This document shows positions 1 to 11,743 of a stretch of DNA of 64,000 nucleotides, piece after piece. The DNA lies in contig OZ024741.1 of the NCBI GenBank assembly GCA_964016885.1, positions 83,514,001 to 83,578,000 on the forward strand, written 5' to 3'. Under the pieces are notes generated by a model, which made no database searches, had not been told where the DNA came from, and saw nothing but the letters and a program-made list of their open reading frames with translations. Source of the stretch: Eledone cirrhosa. Lineage: Eukaryota. Made by a program: the position numbers and the translations under genes. Each line of letters opens with the position of its first letter. Within the stretch, counting starts at the first letter, position 1.

Positions 1-1045
1 CTACGAAGCCAGCCAAGATCCACCAGATGTTAATGTTTGGGGGTGTTTTTTTTTTATTTTTTGTGTCCATTTTCCCATGTGTGTAGGGAAAAAGGTGTAT
101 GCTTTTGACACCATTGGTGTCACAGAATGTTTTTGGGCGAGTGCCTCGCTTTTAAACAGTACGGAAACACTTCCGTACTGTTTTCCTCGCTGGAGAAAAT
201 CGTTATTTGCTATAATTTCCTTGAAAGTAGCTTCTATATCTGCTTGGCTAACAAATGTCTGCTTTCTTGTGGAATGTGACACAGTCCTAAAGGTGACTGA
301 TCTGTGAATTGTGTCTTGCTTTATTTCAAGGGGTCAGTCAATTCTAAACCCACCTCTTTCTTCGAAAGTTACAAATGTTCTCCCTTGCTGGAGCATATCT
401 CTTGCGTTGGAGATATCAAGATTTATAAAATCTTGTTTTTTGTCACTGTTTCAGCGAAGGACATTTTCTTTGTTTGTGTGGTGTTGCTGTTATTGTTGTT
501 GTTATCGTTGTTAGCCTCGGTGTTGGAAATCTCAGTTCCATGACGAGGTGAAACATTATTTGTAGATGTATCTGTGAAGTTGCTGATGTCTTTTTCATGT
601 GTATGTATGTTAATGGGTTTAATTCCTGTGTTTTTCTGTGTGTTATTGTTATTTTTCTCCGCTTCGACGGTAGAAATTTTAAAATCTTCAAGTGGTAATA
701 TTTTTTCCTCTTTGTTGACAGTCGTATCTATGGCGACGTCCATAGTAGCAGAAGCAGATATAACGTTAATATCTGCCTCTTTCTCTCTCTTTTCTCTATT
801 GACGTTCTCCAGCGTTCTTGTGTTGTTCAAGTTATTTAGTTTGTAACATTTTGTATTTTAAAACAATTTTTAAAATAAAATGTTCGCCCCTAAAGGGGCG
901 AAAAATGGGATTACCACCCAGCTGACAATTCAGCTTGGGGGTTAATCTACAAAATAACATATTTTTTCAAATAATTTGTTCTGTTTTTCGTATATAAATT
1001 AACAAAAAATTTTACCGGCGATGTTTCACGCGTCAGACAGAAAGA
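1..1045 (-). mobile_element. 5' end of a Tx1/L1-clade LINE (5' UTR plus disrupted ORF1), running off the window
   Basis: ORF pieces 423-830 (low-complexity N-terminus ending MSFAETV) and 1-282 (FLQRGKQYGSVSVLFKSEALA, RRM-like) on minus; begins directly after the (TATC)n tract that ends the neighbouring LINE. Confidence 0.6.
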
Positions 1046-1046
1046 G

Positions 1047-1052
1047 AGATAT

Positions 1053-1137
<85 letters not shown>
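1047..1137. repeat. (GATA)n microsatellite
   Basis: Directly visible tandem tetranucleotide. Confidence 0.98.
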
Positions 1138-1138
<1 letters not shown>

Positions 1139-4100
1139 TTCTTTATTAGCCACAGGGGCACAAAAGAAGGGGACAAATACAAAGGGGGAAGTTTACATAC
1201 AATAAAAACGTGTAAAATGTTATCACAGATGGAATTTAAAAGTTAGTCGATTTTCCCCAATAGAGGGAGACAGTTTATATGGGTAACACATACCCCCGAA
1301 AAAAAATGTGCAACCCTCATCTCCAGGAGTACGAAGAGCTTGTACTCCTTTCCTCTCCTCCTCCTTTTCCTCAACCTACAGGCTGATATAGAGAGAAGGC
1401 CGATTCACTCGGGCCATTCTCGCCACTTTCACCCACCTTTCATAAAACTTGCTGGGGTACAGCACCTCTCTCTCCATCCTGATTCTTCTTCCAAAGTGGT
1501 ATTTGAAAAAAAGAATCAGTTGTTGGCCGAAGAGAAAGGTGTCTGACCTCAGCCCTTTCAACCTTGTCCACCATACAACCTCTTTCGCCATAGCTATCAC
1601 ACAAAGGAAAACCGCCTCTCCTTCGTTTTTGAAGGAGAGTGGCGGTTTGATCATGACAATGGACTCGGTGGTCAACTGGATTGGTCCCACCCGCGACAAT
1701 AGTCGTTCTACATAGCCCCACAGGTCAGTGACGCCCGGGCAGTGTATGAATGCGTGCGCAACGGTTTCTTCGTCTCGCACGCACCTCGGACAGATCTTTT
1801 TTGCAGGGTCCCTGCCCGGGCGCCCATGTCTGTAGAGCTTGTCTCGAACTGGTAGAGCTCCTCGGTAGCACTGCCAGGCCAGGGACTTTTGGAAGTTGTC
1901 CATCGGTCCCGGGCGGAAGGTCCTACCGAACAGACTGGCCAGTTCATCTTCCTCTACGCCTAGAGTTTCACCGAGCGCGTCGTCGCACTTGCTGCGGACC
2001 AACCCTCTATAGAATGGCGAAGTGGAGTCTCCACTGATCGCCGGGTCCGCCTTCCAGAGGGCTGTGAGCGCCTGAGCACATTCGATGTGCCAGTCGCCCA
2101 TTTTCCTCGGTCTCTGCTTGACCCAGGACTGCAGCTCGGTCAGCGAGACGAGTCGTGGGAAGGCTCGCCTCACGAACGGAGCCCACACCGGTTGTCCGGT
2201 GAAGAATACGTAGAGATGCCGCAGCCTTAGCGCGTGTTTGCGCATCGTCAACCACGGGATCCCCAGCCCTCCGTTAGAAGGGTGTTGGCAGCAGATGGAT
2301 CTTCTCACCAAAGGAGCCCGCCTCTTCCAAAGGAATCGGAAGAGCGCGCGCTCCATTTTGGTGAGCGTTTTGGCTGGACAAGGCAGTAGTGGCTCGAGAG
2401 TCAGTACGTACAGAAGGGAGGAGAGAGGGCATCCCTGTCGAATGGATCGCGTAATATGGAACGGCTCCGAGAGGTAACCGTTCACCTTGACACTTGAGCA
2501 GATGTTGCTGTTGTGCATTGCAGCAATCCAGCCCCTGAACACGGGTCCGAAGACTGTCGCCTCGAGCACCGCATCCAGGTAACGATGGTCAACCCTATCG
2601 AAAGCCTTAGACTGATCCAAGTTGATCAGGCCCCACCGAAGCCGGGTTTACACCCTACCCTCTCTATGATGTATCGCATGAGGTGGAGGTTGTCGTGTAT
2701 GGACCTGGTCGGGATCGCGCATGTCTGCGCTTCTCCCACCAGGTTCTCGACGACAAGCGCCAGCCTCTTTGCCAACACCTTGGCCAAAATCTGTAACTCT
2801 GTGTTTAGCAGAGTTATGGGCCGGAAGTTGCCTATGTCATCCCCCTTATTCTCGTCCTTCCTGATTAGTGTGACCACGCCCCCGGTTACAGAACTGGGAA
2901 TTCTCCCGTTCTGTTGCCAGTTGCAGTAGACCGCTTCCAGGAGACCGGAGAATAAGTCCGGCATTGCTACGTAAAATTCGTAGGGTAGACCGTCGAGACC
3001 TGGAGATTTGAGTTTGCCGCATTGGCTCAGCGCGTCCCCTATCTCAGTGGCTGAAATCGGCTTTTCGCAGAACTTCGCCTCGCTGTCCGAGAGTCGCGGT
3101 AGGCCGTCGAGGTATGGACCGAAATCCATAGCCTCTCCCGGCGCGCCGCTCCCCCCGAACAGCCGAGCAAAGTGCCGCTGGAAAGCCGCACACATCTGCT
3201 TCGGCTCACGTATCACGTGTCCGTTTTGGTCCTTCAAAGACCGAATCGTGGACTTGTTGCCACTTTTTGCCTCCGTCACTCGGGCCCAGCTAACAGCTTT
3301 GGCTCCCTCGTTTCCCAGAGCACGTATTTTGCTTCTACGCAGCCCTCGTGCTTTGCGTCGAAGAACTGGTCCAAGGCCGTTCTCGTTGCTAGCACGCTGG
3401 CTACGTTGCCACTTCTAATTGCCTCTTCTACTTTATCTACCAGTTCCTTCTCGGTTCTATTTCTATCTAAAGCTAATTCTTTACTAAAAACTATCGAGTC
3501 TAATCTAACTGCCCTCTTGAGAGAGTACCACCATCTGTTGTTGACAATGGCCCCTGTCAAGTGCTGTTTAACTAAAGTGCTAATCCGTCTACTGTAGGCT
3601 TTGCTTGTCGGTAACGACAAGTTCAGCTTCCAGTAGCCGGGTCCTTGTCTATGGGTTCTATCAAGGTTCGCCATGCAGGTCACTAGTTTGTGATCTGAAT
3701 AGGCAACCATGAACATTTGTGGACAGCTTAACATGTCCCTATCCTTATTTCTAACTAGAGCCCTATCTAGGTACGATCTAGATGTTCCGCTACGATTACT
3801 CCACGTCCACAGTGGCGCAGTCGGAAAATCTAGTCGATATCTATCGGCCAGGTCAAATCGGTCGATTAACCGTTTGAGGCTGTTACACCCCCCTTTATCG
3901 GGACATGCTCCCACATAGTCCCAACGTGCATCTAGGATTCCATTCCAGTCCCCCACTAAAAGCAAGGAGCGGGACGTTCCCAGAAAAGTCTCTAGACGTT
4001 TGAAGAAGTCTGGCCGCGGTGTCCCGGATGTGGCATATGCGGCCACCAGCCTGAACGCTCCACCTTCACTACCGTCAACGTCTAGGACTACCAGTCGACC

Positions 4101-4878
4101 CTCCGGGTCCAGATGTACCGTCTGTGTTACGAGGCCCAGGTGTTTCCGCAGCAAAACGGCAACTCCGCGCCCACCCCCCGGTTGACAGAGAGATGCGTAG
4201 ATCTCAAAGTCATCGAAGATGGGAGCCAGCTGTCGCTCGCCGTGGATCCTGAACTCGCAAATGGCTACCACATCCAAACTGTGCGACCTGAGGTCGTTTA
4301 AGAGTTTGCCCTGTTTCCAGGGCATCCCCAGGCCGCGTACGTTCACACATCCAACTCTTATATTGGCCATGTTGGTGCTGAAAAGTTAAAAGAGGAAAAG
4401 AGATCACTCACCCTTCGCCTCCTGGGGACCAGGCCGCACGATTTCCATGGGGGTGTTGGAGGGGTTGTCTGGATGGGTGGTGGTTTCCGGCGGGGTGGGG
4501 ACGCAGATGTTTGGTGGGGTGGGGTCTGGTGGGATGGGGGTGTCTGGGGTGGGGAGGCATTTTAGAAGGACGCGGTTGAGTGGTTTCACGCAGGAATTCC
4601 CCACATCCTTCTCAAATGTTTCTTTTAGGGACCTATAAGTTTGTATAGGGACCCTAATCAGTTTTAGGTTCAGTTTTTTGCTATTTTTTATAGAGTGGGC
4701 GAAAGTTTTCCTTTCGGTGAAAACCGAAGGGTCGTTCGTGATGGTCTCCATTAGTGTTTTGTTTTCAGTGTTTATGTAAGTGTAAGTGTAATTTTCTTGT
4801 GTTGTGTTTGTTTTTGTCTGTAGTTCTTGTGTGTGCTTTCGTTTTGTTGTAGGTATTTTGTTTTCAGGAGGTGGGGGT
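1138..4878 (-). mobile_element. Tx1/L1-clade non-LTR retrotransposon, 5'-truncated and defective
   Basis: ORF1 C-terminal remnant 4404-4878; ORF2 APE endonuclease (NVRGL, GDWN, SYLDR, SDHKLV), RT (KSPGLDG, FRPITLLN, DQSKAFDRVDH, RQGCPLS), C-terminal CPRC..ETVAHAFIHC; 3' AATAAA then (TATC)n. Confidence 0.92.
1376..4370 (-). pseudogene. ORF2 endonuclease/reverse transcriptase, frameshifted with internal deletion
   Basis: Split over ORFs 3276-4370, 2626-3279, 1376-2620; PLSSLLYVLTLEPLL joins directly to PCPAKTL near 2383, so the YADD region is absent. Confidence 0.88.
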
Positions 4879-4922
4879 TAGATAGATAGATAGATAGATA
4901 GATAGATATATAGATAGATAGC

Positions 4923-4960
<38 letters not shown>

Positions 4961-4988
4961 TATAGATAGATAGATAGATAGATGGATA
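4879..4988. repeat. (GATA)n microsatellite
   Basis: Directly visible. Confidence 0.97.
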
Positions 4989-5552
4989 CACAGTTAGGTA
5001 AATAAAGTTCGATTCATCTAATCTTTTTTATTCATTACTCAATATTTTCCCAAATGGAAATTTCAAAAGGCTGAGGCTATATTTTGTTATATTTTAGCAA
5101 TAGGAATTTTGAATAAAGATAACAAACAGAGAACTGAGATTGGGAACAAAATAATAGAAATGTCAGTCATTTCAACTGAAAATGTCATATTTTTTTCGAA
5201 ATGCTGATCTTACTAGAATTTTTCTTCCATACTCATTTATGATTGTCAATGTTATTGTTGTACTGTTGTTTTTATTTGTTGCTGGTATTTTGAAGTATCT
5301 CATGTTATAGTTACTGCAGTGTTTATAGCTGCGGCAGTTAAAGATGGCATCTATTTTTAAAAAAGAAATATTCATAATTGTCGTCGTTGTTGTGGTCATT
5401 GTGTTCATCTTATTATTGCTACTGTTGTTGTTATTGTCACGTTGTTATTATAGTTGTTGTTATTAGTTTATTTGTCGTTTTTAAATTTATCAGCCATTTT
5501 GTAAAAGAAATCTTTATAAATTGTGATGTTGTTGTTGTGCTGATGCTATTAT

Positions 5553-6712
5553 TTCCGCCGAGGTCAAATTTGCCTTTCATCCTTCCGAGGTCGATAAAAT
5601 AAAGTACCACATAAAGTTATGTGATCGATATTCTCGACATACATCTCCTCACAAATTGCTGGATGTGTACCAACAATTTGAAATAATTATCGTAGTTATT
5701 GGTATAGGGCGGTGGATTGGTAGTATCGGTAGAAGGTCGGATGCCATGTTTTGCAGCACAGAGTTACGGCCATTTACGGTCTGAGTTCAAATCCCGCCAA
5801 GGTTAACTTTACCTTTCATCCTTACTGGGTCGATAAAATAAAGCACCAGTAATGCACTGGGATAATTGCTGGCCTTGTGCCAAAAGTTGAAACAATTATT
5901 ATAGTTATTGCTGTTGTTGTTGTTGATGTTATTTTCGTCGTCCTTTTTTACATATGCATCTATTTTTAAGAAAAATATATTTATCATTGTTATTGTAGTA
6001 TTATATTTATATTTATCATTATTATTGGGTATTTGCTGGCCTTGTGCCTAAAGTAGAAATAATTATATATATTTAGGGTGGTGGATTGGCAGTATCGGTA
6101 GAGGGTCGGACGCCATACTTTGCAGCATAGAGGTACGGCTCTTTATGATCTGAGCTCAAATCCCGCCGAGGTTAACTTTGCATTTCATCCTTATGGGGTC
6201 GATAAAATAAAGTACCAGTCACGTACTGGGGTCGATTTAATCGACTTTCCCCTCCCTCCAAATTACTGGCCTCGTGCCTATATAACAAACCATTATATAT
6301 ATTTAGGGTGGTGGGTTGGCAGCATCGGTAGAGGGTCGGACGTCATGCTTTGATGCATATAATTACGGCCCTTGCCATTCTGAGTTCAAATCCCACCAAG
6401 GTTGACTTTGCCTTTCATCCTTACGGGGTCGATAAAATAAAGTACCAGTAATATACTGGGTAATTGCTGACCTTGTGCCAAAAGTAGAAACAATTATATA
6501 TATTACTTATTATTGCGTGGATTGGAAGTATCCGTAGAGAGTCGGACGCCATGCTTTACATCATAGAGTTACGTCCCTTTACGGACTGAGTTCAAATCCC
6601 GCCGAGGATATCTTCGCCTTTCATCCTTACGGAGTCGATAATATAAAGTACCAGTAATGTACTGGGTGATTGCTGGTCTTGTACCAAAAGTAGAAACAAT
6701 TATATATATTAC
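5553..6712 (+). mobile_element. Cluster of about five tRNA-derived SINE copies in the same orientation
   Basis: Repeated GGTGGATTGGYAGTATCGGTAGA (A-box-like), GAGTTCAAATCCC (B-box) and core GCCTTTCATCCTT..GGGTCGATAAAATAAAGTACCAG at ~5553 (partial), 5707, 6076, 6306, 6515. Confidence 0.85.
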
Positions 6713-7315
6713 TGATTATATTTGGACCATGAAGTTGCATGGTAGATTAAGTGTGGAGTTAAAGCAAACACTCTTATTTGATGAGGTATCAATTCATGCA
6801 TTGAAATAAGGGTTCATGTTACCATCCCCAACAACTATCAACCACGAAAACAACATCACCAATAACAACACTAAACTCCAACACCAACATCAACACCACA
6901 AACCACGACAACAATAAGGCAACTACCTACACAACCACCAACAATTATATCGAAAACCATCACCACAACTACGAACAACGATAGCAACACCAACAATAAC
7001 ACTTCCACCAATCACAACGAACAGTACCCTCATAAAGAACAGCATGGATACATTTGCTACAAAATCTACTGTCTTTCATAGAAGATCAGTGAATGTTATG
7101 AAGCAAGCGATATTTCATATTCCGATATTGTATTTGTTAACGATATGGAATTTATTAAATTCTGTTTATATTTTCCTCTACAAGCAACCAGCCAACATGA
7201 CCACCAGCACAACCTGAGACACAAACGCTCATGCGCACACACAAATGCATATATAGTTTTAATTATACACATACCTGAGCTGTGCCTGCATATATATACA
7301 TATATATATATATAC

Positions 7316-7810
7316 AGTATTTTCCGTAGTGTTGTAATATAAATATTACACACAGTAGACGGACAGCTCACGTAGAGTTTGCTCGACGGTTCCAGTTGTA
7401 GTTCCAAAAGTAATCCGGAGAAAAATAGAAGGATTTTAATGGATACAGTTTAGTTAAAAGGAATTTATTGACACGTGTTTCTATAACAGTTACATAACCT
7501 GAAAACAGCTGCTATCTACAAAGTATTAGTTATGCAGACATTCAATATTTCAATGTTATTATCAACTGTCATTTCATCGGAATAATTTTACTGAGGACCT
7601 GTTTGGTTTTTATAGAGAATATTCTCTATAAAAACCAAACAGGTCCTCAGTAAAATTATTCCGATGAAATGACAGTTGATAATAACATTGAAATATTGAA
7701 TGTCTGCATAACTAATACTTTGTAGATAGCAGCTGTTTTCAGGTTATGTAACTGTTATAGAAACACGTGTCAATAAATTCCTTTTAACTAAACTGTATCC
7801 ATTAAAATCC

Positions 7811-7816
<6 letters not shown>
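7316..7816. mobile_element. Fold-back non-coding element with 392-bp palindrome (7425-7816), HHR in each arm
   Basis: Mirror symmetry about 7620/7621 with no spacer; (TA)n on both flanks. Confidence 0.85.
7656..7776 (+). ncRNA. Type I hammerhead ribozyme with long stem II (mirror copy 7465-7585 on minus)
   Basis: ttatt-CCGATGA-aatgacagtt...aactgttata-GAAA-cacgtg-TC-aataa. Confidence 0.7.
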
Positions 7817-7844
<28 letters not shown>

Positions 7845-7848
<4 letters not shown>

Positions 7849-9085
7849 GTAGAACACTGGAAGGTAATATCCGTAGTTGTAGAGCACTCAGTCCATGGGA
7901 CGAATTAGGTAGAAGTGGTTACACAACAGTTAGTTCACATATCGAGAACAATTGTTTCACCTTAGCAGATCCTCAGCTCTTAATGGACAATGGTATAAAT
8001 ATATTGTGTTGCATTGCTGTTGAAGGGGACACGCTTTGGGCTTGCGGCAAGAGCGCCCTGGGATGTTGGTGATGTGGGCCTTCATGTTCTTAGTGTAGGA
8101 ATATCCTAGTTTTACTTGTGTCGGTTAAAGATGGAGCGGTATTTATGACCTATGGGAAAATGTCTATCTAAGAGGGCTAGACATTTTTTGCCTACATTGG
8201 TTTTAACGTTGAGTGAGAAGGGAGGAGAGAACCAGATAGTTTGTCTATTGTTACGCTTTCTTTTCTTATTGCTGTTGTTGATAGTGGGAGAGTAAGTGAT
8301 AGGTTGCGAGAAGCCTCTGTTAGCTAACGCCGTGTTATAGTAGGGTGCCGCCCTGTCAAAGATAGCCTTCTAAGAGGAGAGGTTTGAGATTCTAGTACTG
8401 ATATTATTGACGAAGTTTCTAAAAATAGTGGGAGGGTGGCATGAGTCCTTGTGAATGTAATTGAGTTTTTCGTTTAGCTTATGGAAGGGTCTGTAGGTGT
8501 GTGTGTGCGACGGTCTAAATTAATGTTTAAGAAATCTACGCTAGAAAGGTTGTCAAACGATCCCATGGAGACGTCGAATAGATCCATTACGAGCTGAGAT
8601 TCCGCTATGGTGAAACACAAATTTAGTTGCAATGAATGAATTGAGATGCTTAGTGACTGTGAGCAAACAATATATGTATCCCTTATATATATATATACAT
8701 AGATAGATACATATACACATACGAGCGCGCGCACTAACACACACAAACAAAGTTGTGTGTGTCTGTGTGTGCCTTGTTTTTGGTACAGAAAGATATTTTC
8801 TTCTATCTTCATTGAAGGTAGAAGCTAAGTCTTTTTTAAACCGGTCGAGGTCGTGACCACTTTTATGGCTCGATAAGGTCAGTCCGTCGTCGCGGTATAT
8901 TCCCGTGTGGAAGTCCGGGAATCTAACACGTAATATAACTAAAATAAAAAGGCCAACCAAGTCGCATACGTCAGCACTGTCAAACGATCACATGGAGACG
9001 TCGAATAGATCCATTACGAGCTGAGATTCCGCTAAGGTGAAGCAATTGTTCTCGGTATTGTGAACTAACTGTTGTGTAACCACTT
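7845..9085 (-). mobile_element. Rearranged, decayed Naiad-type PLE RT fragment
   Basis: FDVSMGSFD, GIYRDDGL, VDFLNINLD and HKDSCHPP-like motifs on minus; internal duplication and inversion. Confidence 0.75.
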
Positions 9086-9090
9086 GTATA

Positions 9091-9177
<87 letters not shown>

Positions 9178-9787
9178 GAGGTGTGACACAGGAGTTGTGA
9201 TTTATTAGTAAAACGGAAAAGAAAATGGTGACAAATTTTTCACTGGGAAAAATTTGTCAGCATTTTCTTTTCCTTTATACTAATATATATATATATATAT
9301 ATATATATAATGATGATGAAGAAATGGTTAACAGTGTTCATAGTGATATGTAATTTTTATTTTACATTAAAAGATCCTATGGAAATCTAAAAGGCAGGAA
9401 ATAATTATAACTACAGTCTATTGCTATGATTCAGTGGAATGATACGTGATGCAAAATAAGACACATTTCTCACTTTTCTCTTGAATCACAAATTCATGGG
9501 AAAAATAGTACCTTGCAAAATAAAGTGCCTTGATCACAAATTTAGTTGCAATGAATGAATTGAGATGTTTAGTAACTGTGAGCAAACAATATATGTATCC
9601 CTTATATATACATATATACATAGATAGATACACATACACATACCAGCGCGCGCGCACTAACACACACAAACAAACAAAGTTGTGTGTGTCTGTGTGTGCC
9701 TTGTTTTTGGTACAGAAAGATATTTTCTTCAGTTTTTATTGCCGGTTCAAAGGCCACTGCTCTTTTCAACTACGTCAAATAACGACG

Positions 9788-9903
<116 letters not shown>

Positions 9904-10074
9904 GGAGAGAGAAAGAAAGAGAGAAAAATAGGGAGAGACAGAGAATGTTTGTGTTTGGTACACGTCTATCTATCTATTTCTCCAACAGGGGGCTCAAACA
10001 TGCGGCCTGAGAAGTACTTTTCTATGGCCCGTGGTAGAACCGATATTTCCGATTCCATTATAAGGGGTGAAAAT

Positions 10075-10295
10075 AAGGCGGTGATCTGGTGTAATCGTTA
10101 GCACATCTAGCGTAATGCTTAGCGGTACTTCCTCCTTATTTGCGTTCCGAGTTCAAATTCCGCCGAATTCGACTTTGCCTTTCATCCTTTTGGGGTCGAT
10201 AAATTAAGTACCAGTTGTGAACTTGGATCGATGTAATTGACGGGACCCTAAACCCTAAATTTCATGCCTTGTACCTATAGTAGAAATGATTATAA
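10075..10295 (+). mobile_element. tRNA-derived SINE
   Basis: GAGTTCAAATTCCGCC followed by GACTTTGCCTTTCATCCTTTTGGGGTCGATAAATTAAGTACCAG core. Confidence 0.85.
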
Positions 10296-10389
10296 TTGGT
10301 GAAAATCATCATCCACCACCACCTTCGGCCCAGTGCCTCTCCTCCAGGACGTAATGGCCCTTTTATGTCCTTCAGTTTGAGACCCCACT

Positions 10390-10447
<58 letters not shown>

Positions 10448-10694
10448 CCTTTACGTTTTTCTGTCTCTGGACCACGCCCATGCTAGAGCATCACCTTGCT
10501 AAGTTATGGGGACGTCAACAAACCAACAAGCATTGGTGGGAGGACAAACAGAAACGCAAAGACACAGACAGACATATATACTACGCGCTTCTTTTAGTTT
10601 CAGTCTATCAAATCCACTCACAGGGCTTTGGACGGCCTGAGCAGTTGGACTGAATCCGGAAACGTGTGGTTGGGAACCAAGCTTCTTGTCACGC

Positions 10695-10751
<57 letters not shown>

Positions 10752-11743
10752 TTATTTATTAAAATAACATATTAAAATGTAAGCAAAGAATCGCTGTTTC
10801 ACCCTTAATGAGATCTTCTGAAACTAAAAAACTCAATCTGTGAACGCAGAATTAAATATTTCGAAAACGTTGCAACCGAAGGAAGACAGGAAGACGATAC
10901 TTTGGTTCGTGAAAACCTTCCCTGGCAAAGAAACGAAAAAAACGAAGATAATACGTCATTATTTGGAGCGTTATAAACAATGGATCGGTGAGAACAATTA
11001 CACGCAAAGACAATACCGCGTGAATGGTATAACTGAAGTCGTAGACAAAATTCTATTTAGGAGACCGAATGATTCTCAACTTCAGAGTTAAGAGTAATGT
11101 AAATAAATTACAGAGGTAATTGAAATCAACAGAAATTAAATATATACATGCACGCATCAATATATGTACATACACATGCATACGCAAAAGCACCCGCCAT
11201 GGGTATTAAAATACAAGCACGTACACAAAAAACACGCACGCACATACAGAACCCACGCAACGCCTGTACCCGCACACGTACGAACGTATACACCAAATAC
11301 ACATAAAAATATATATAATATATATATATATATGTGTGTGTGCATCTATACATATAATATAAACGTATATAAATATACACACATAAATACGTATATAACG
11401 CGCGCACACACATACCTACATGTAAATACACATATATCGGCTAAACATACGTCAACCAAAACACAAAGTACGCATATACACACGCCCTACATACGTACGA
11501 ACCCGCATACTCACACAGACGCAAAACTCACGTATACACATAACCATATGCACATGTACCAGTATATATAATATCATATATACGCCTATAATATATACAA
11601 GCAAATATACGTACGAGAAAGTATAAGTACCTTCACAAAACATACGAGTAATATATATTTACCTATACAAATAAGTAATGGTATAAACATAACATATACT
11701 TAGCTACCACATCAAGACGTAAAATATACGCGTATAGTTCGTA

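Noticed and set aside
5707-6610. tRNA genes (GAGTTCAAATCCC)
   Set aside because: B-box lies in SINE heads without a cloverleaf
10775-10825. Minus-strand CAGAAGA..GAAAC motif at the expected 3' end of the 11744-13335 PLE
   Set aside because: Stems are weak and ambiguous; plausible relic only
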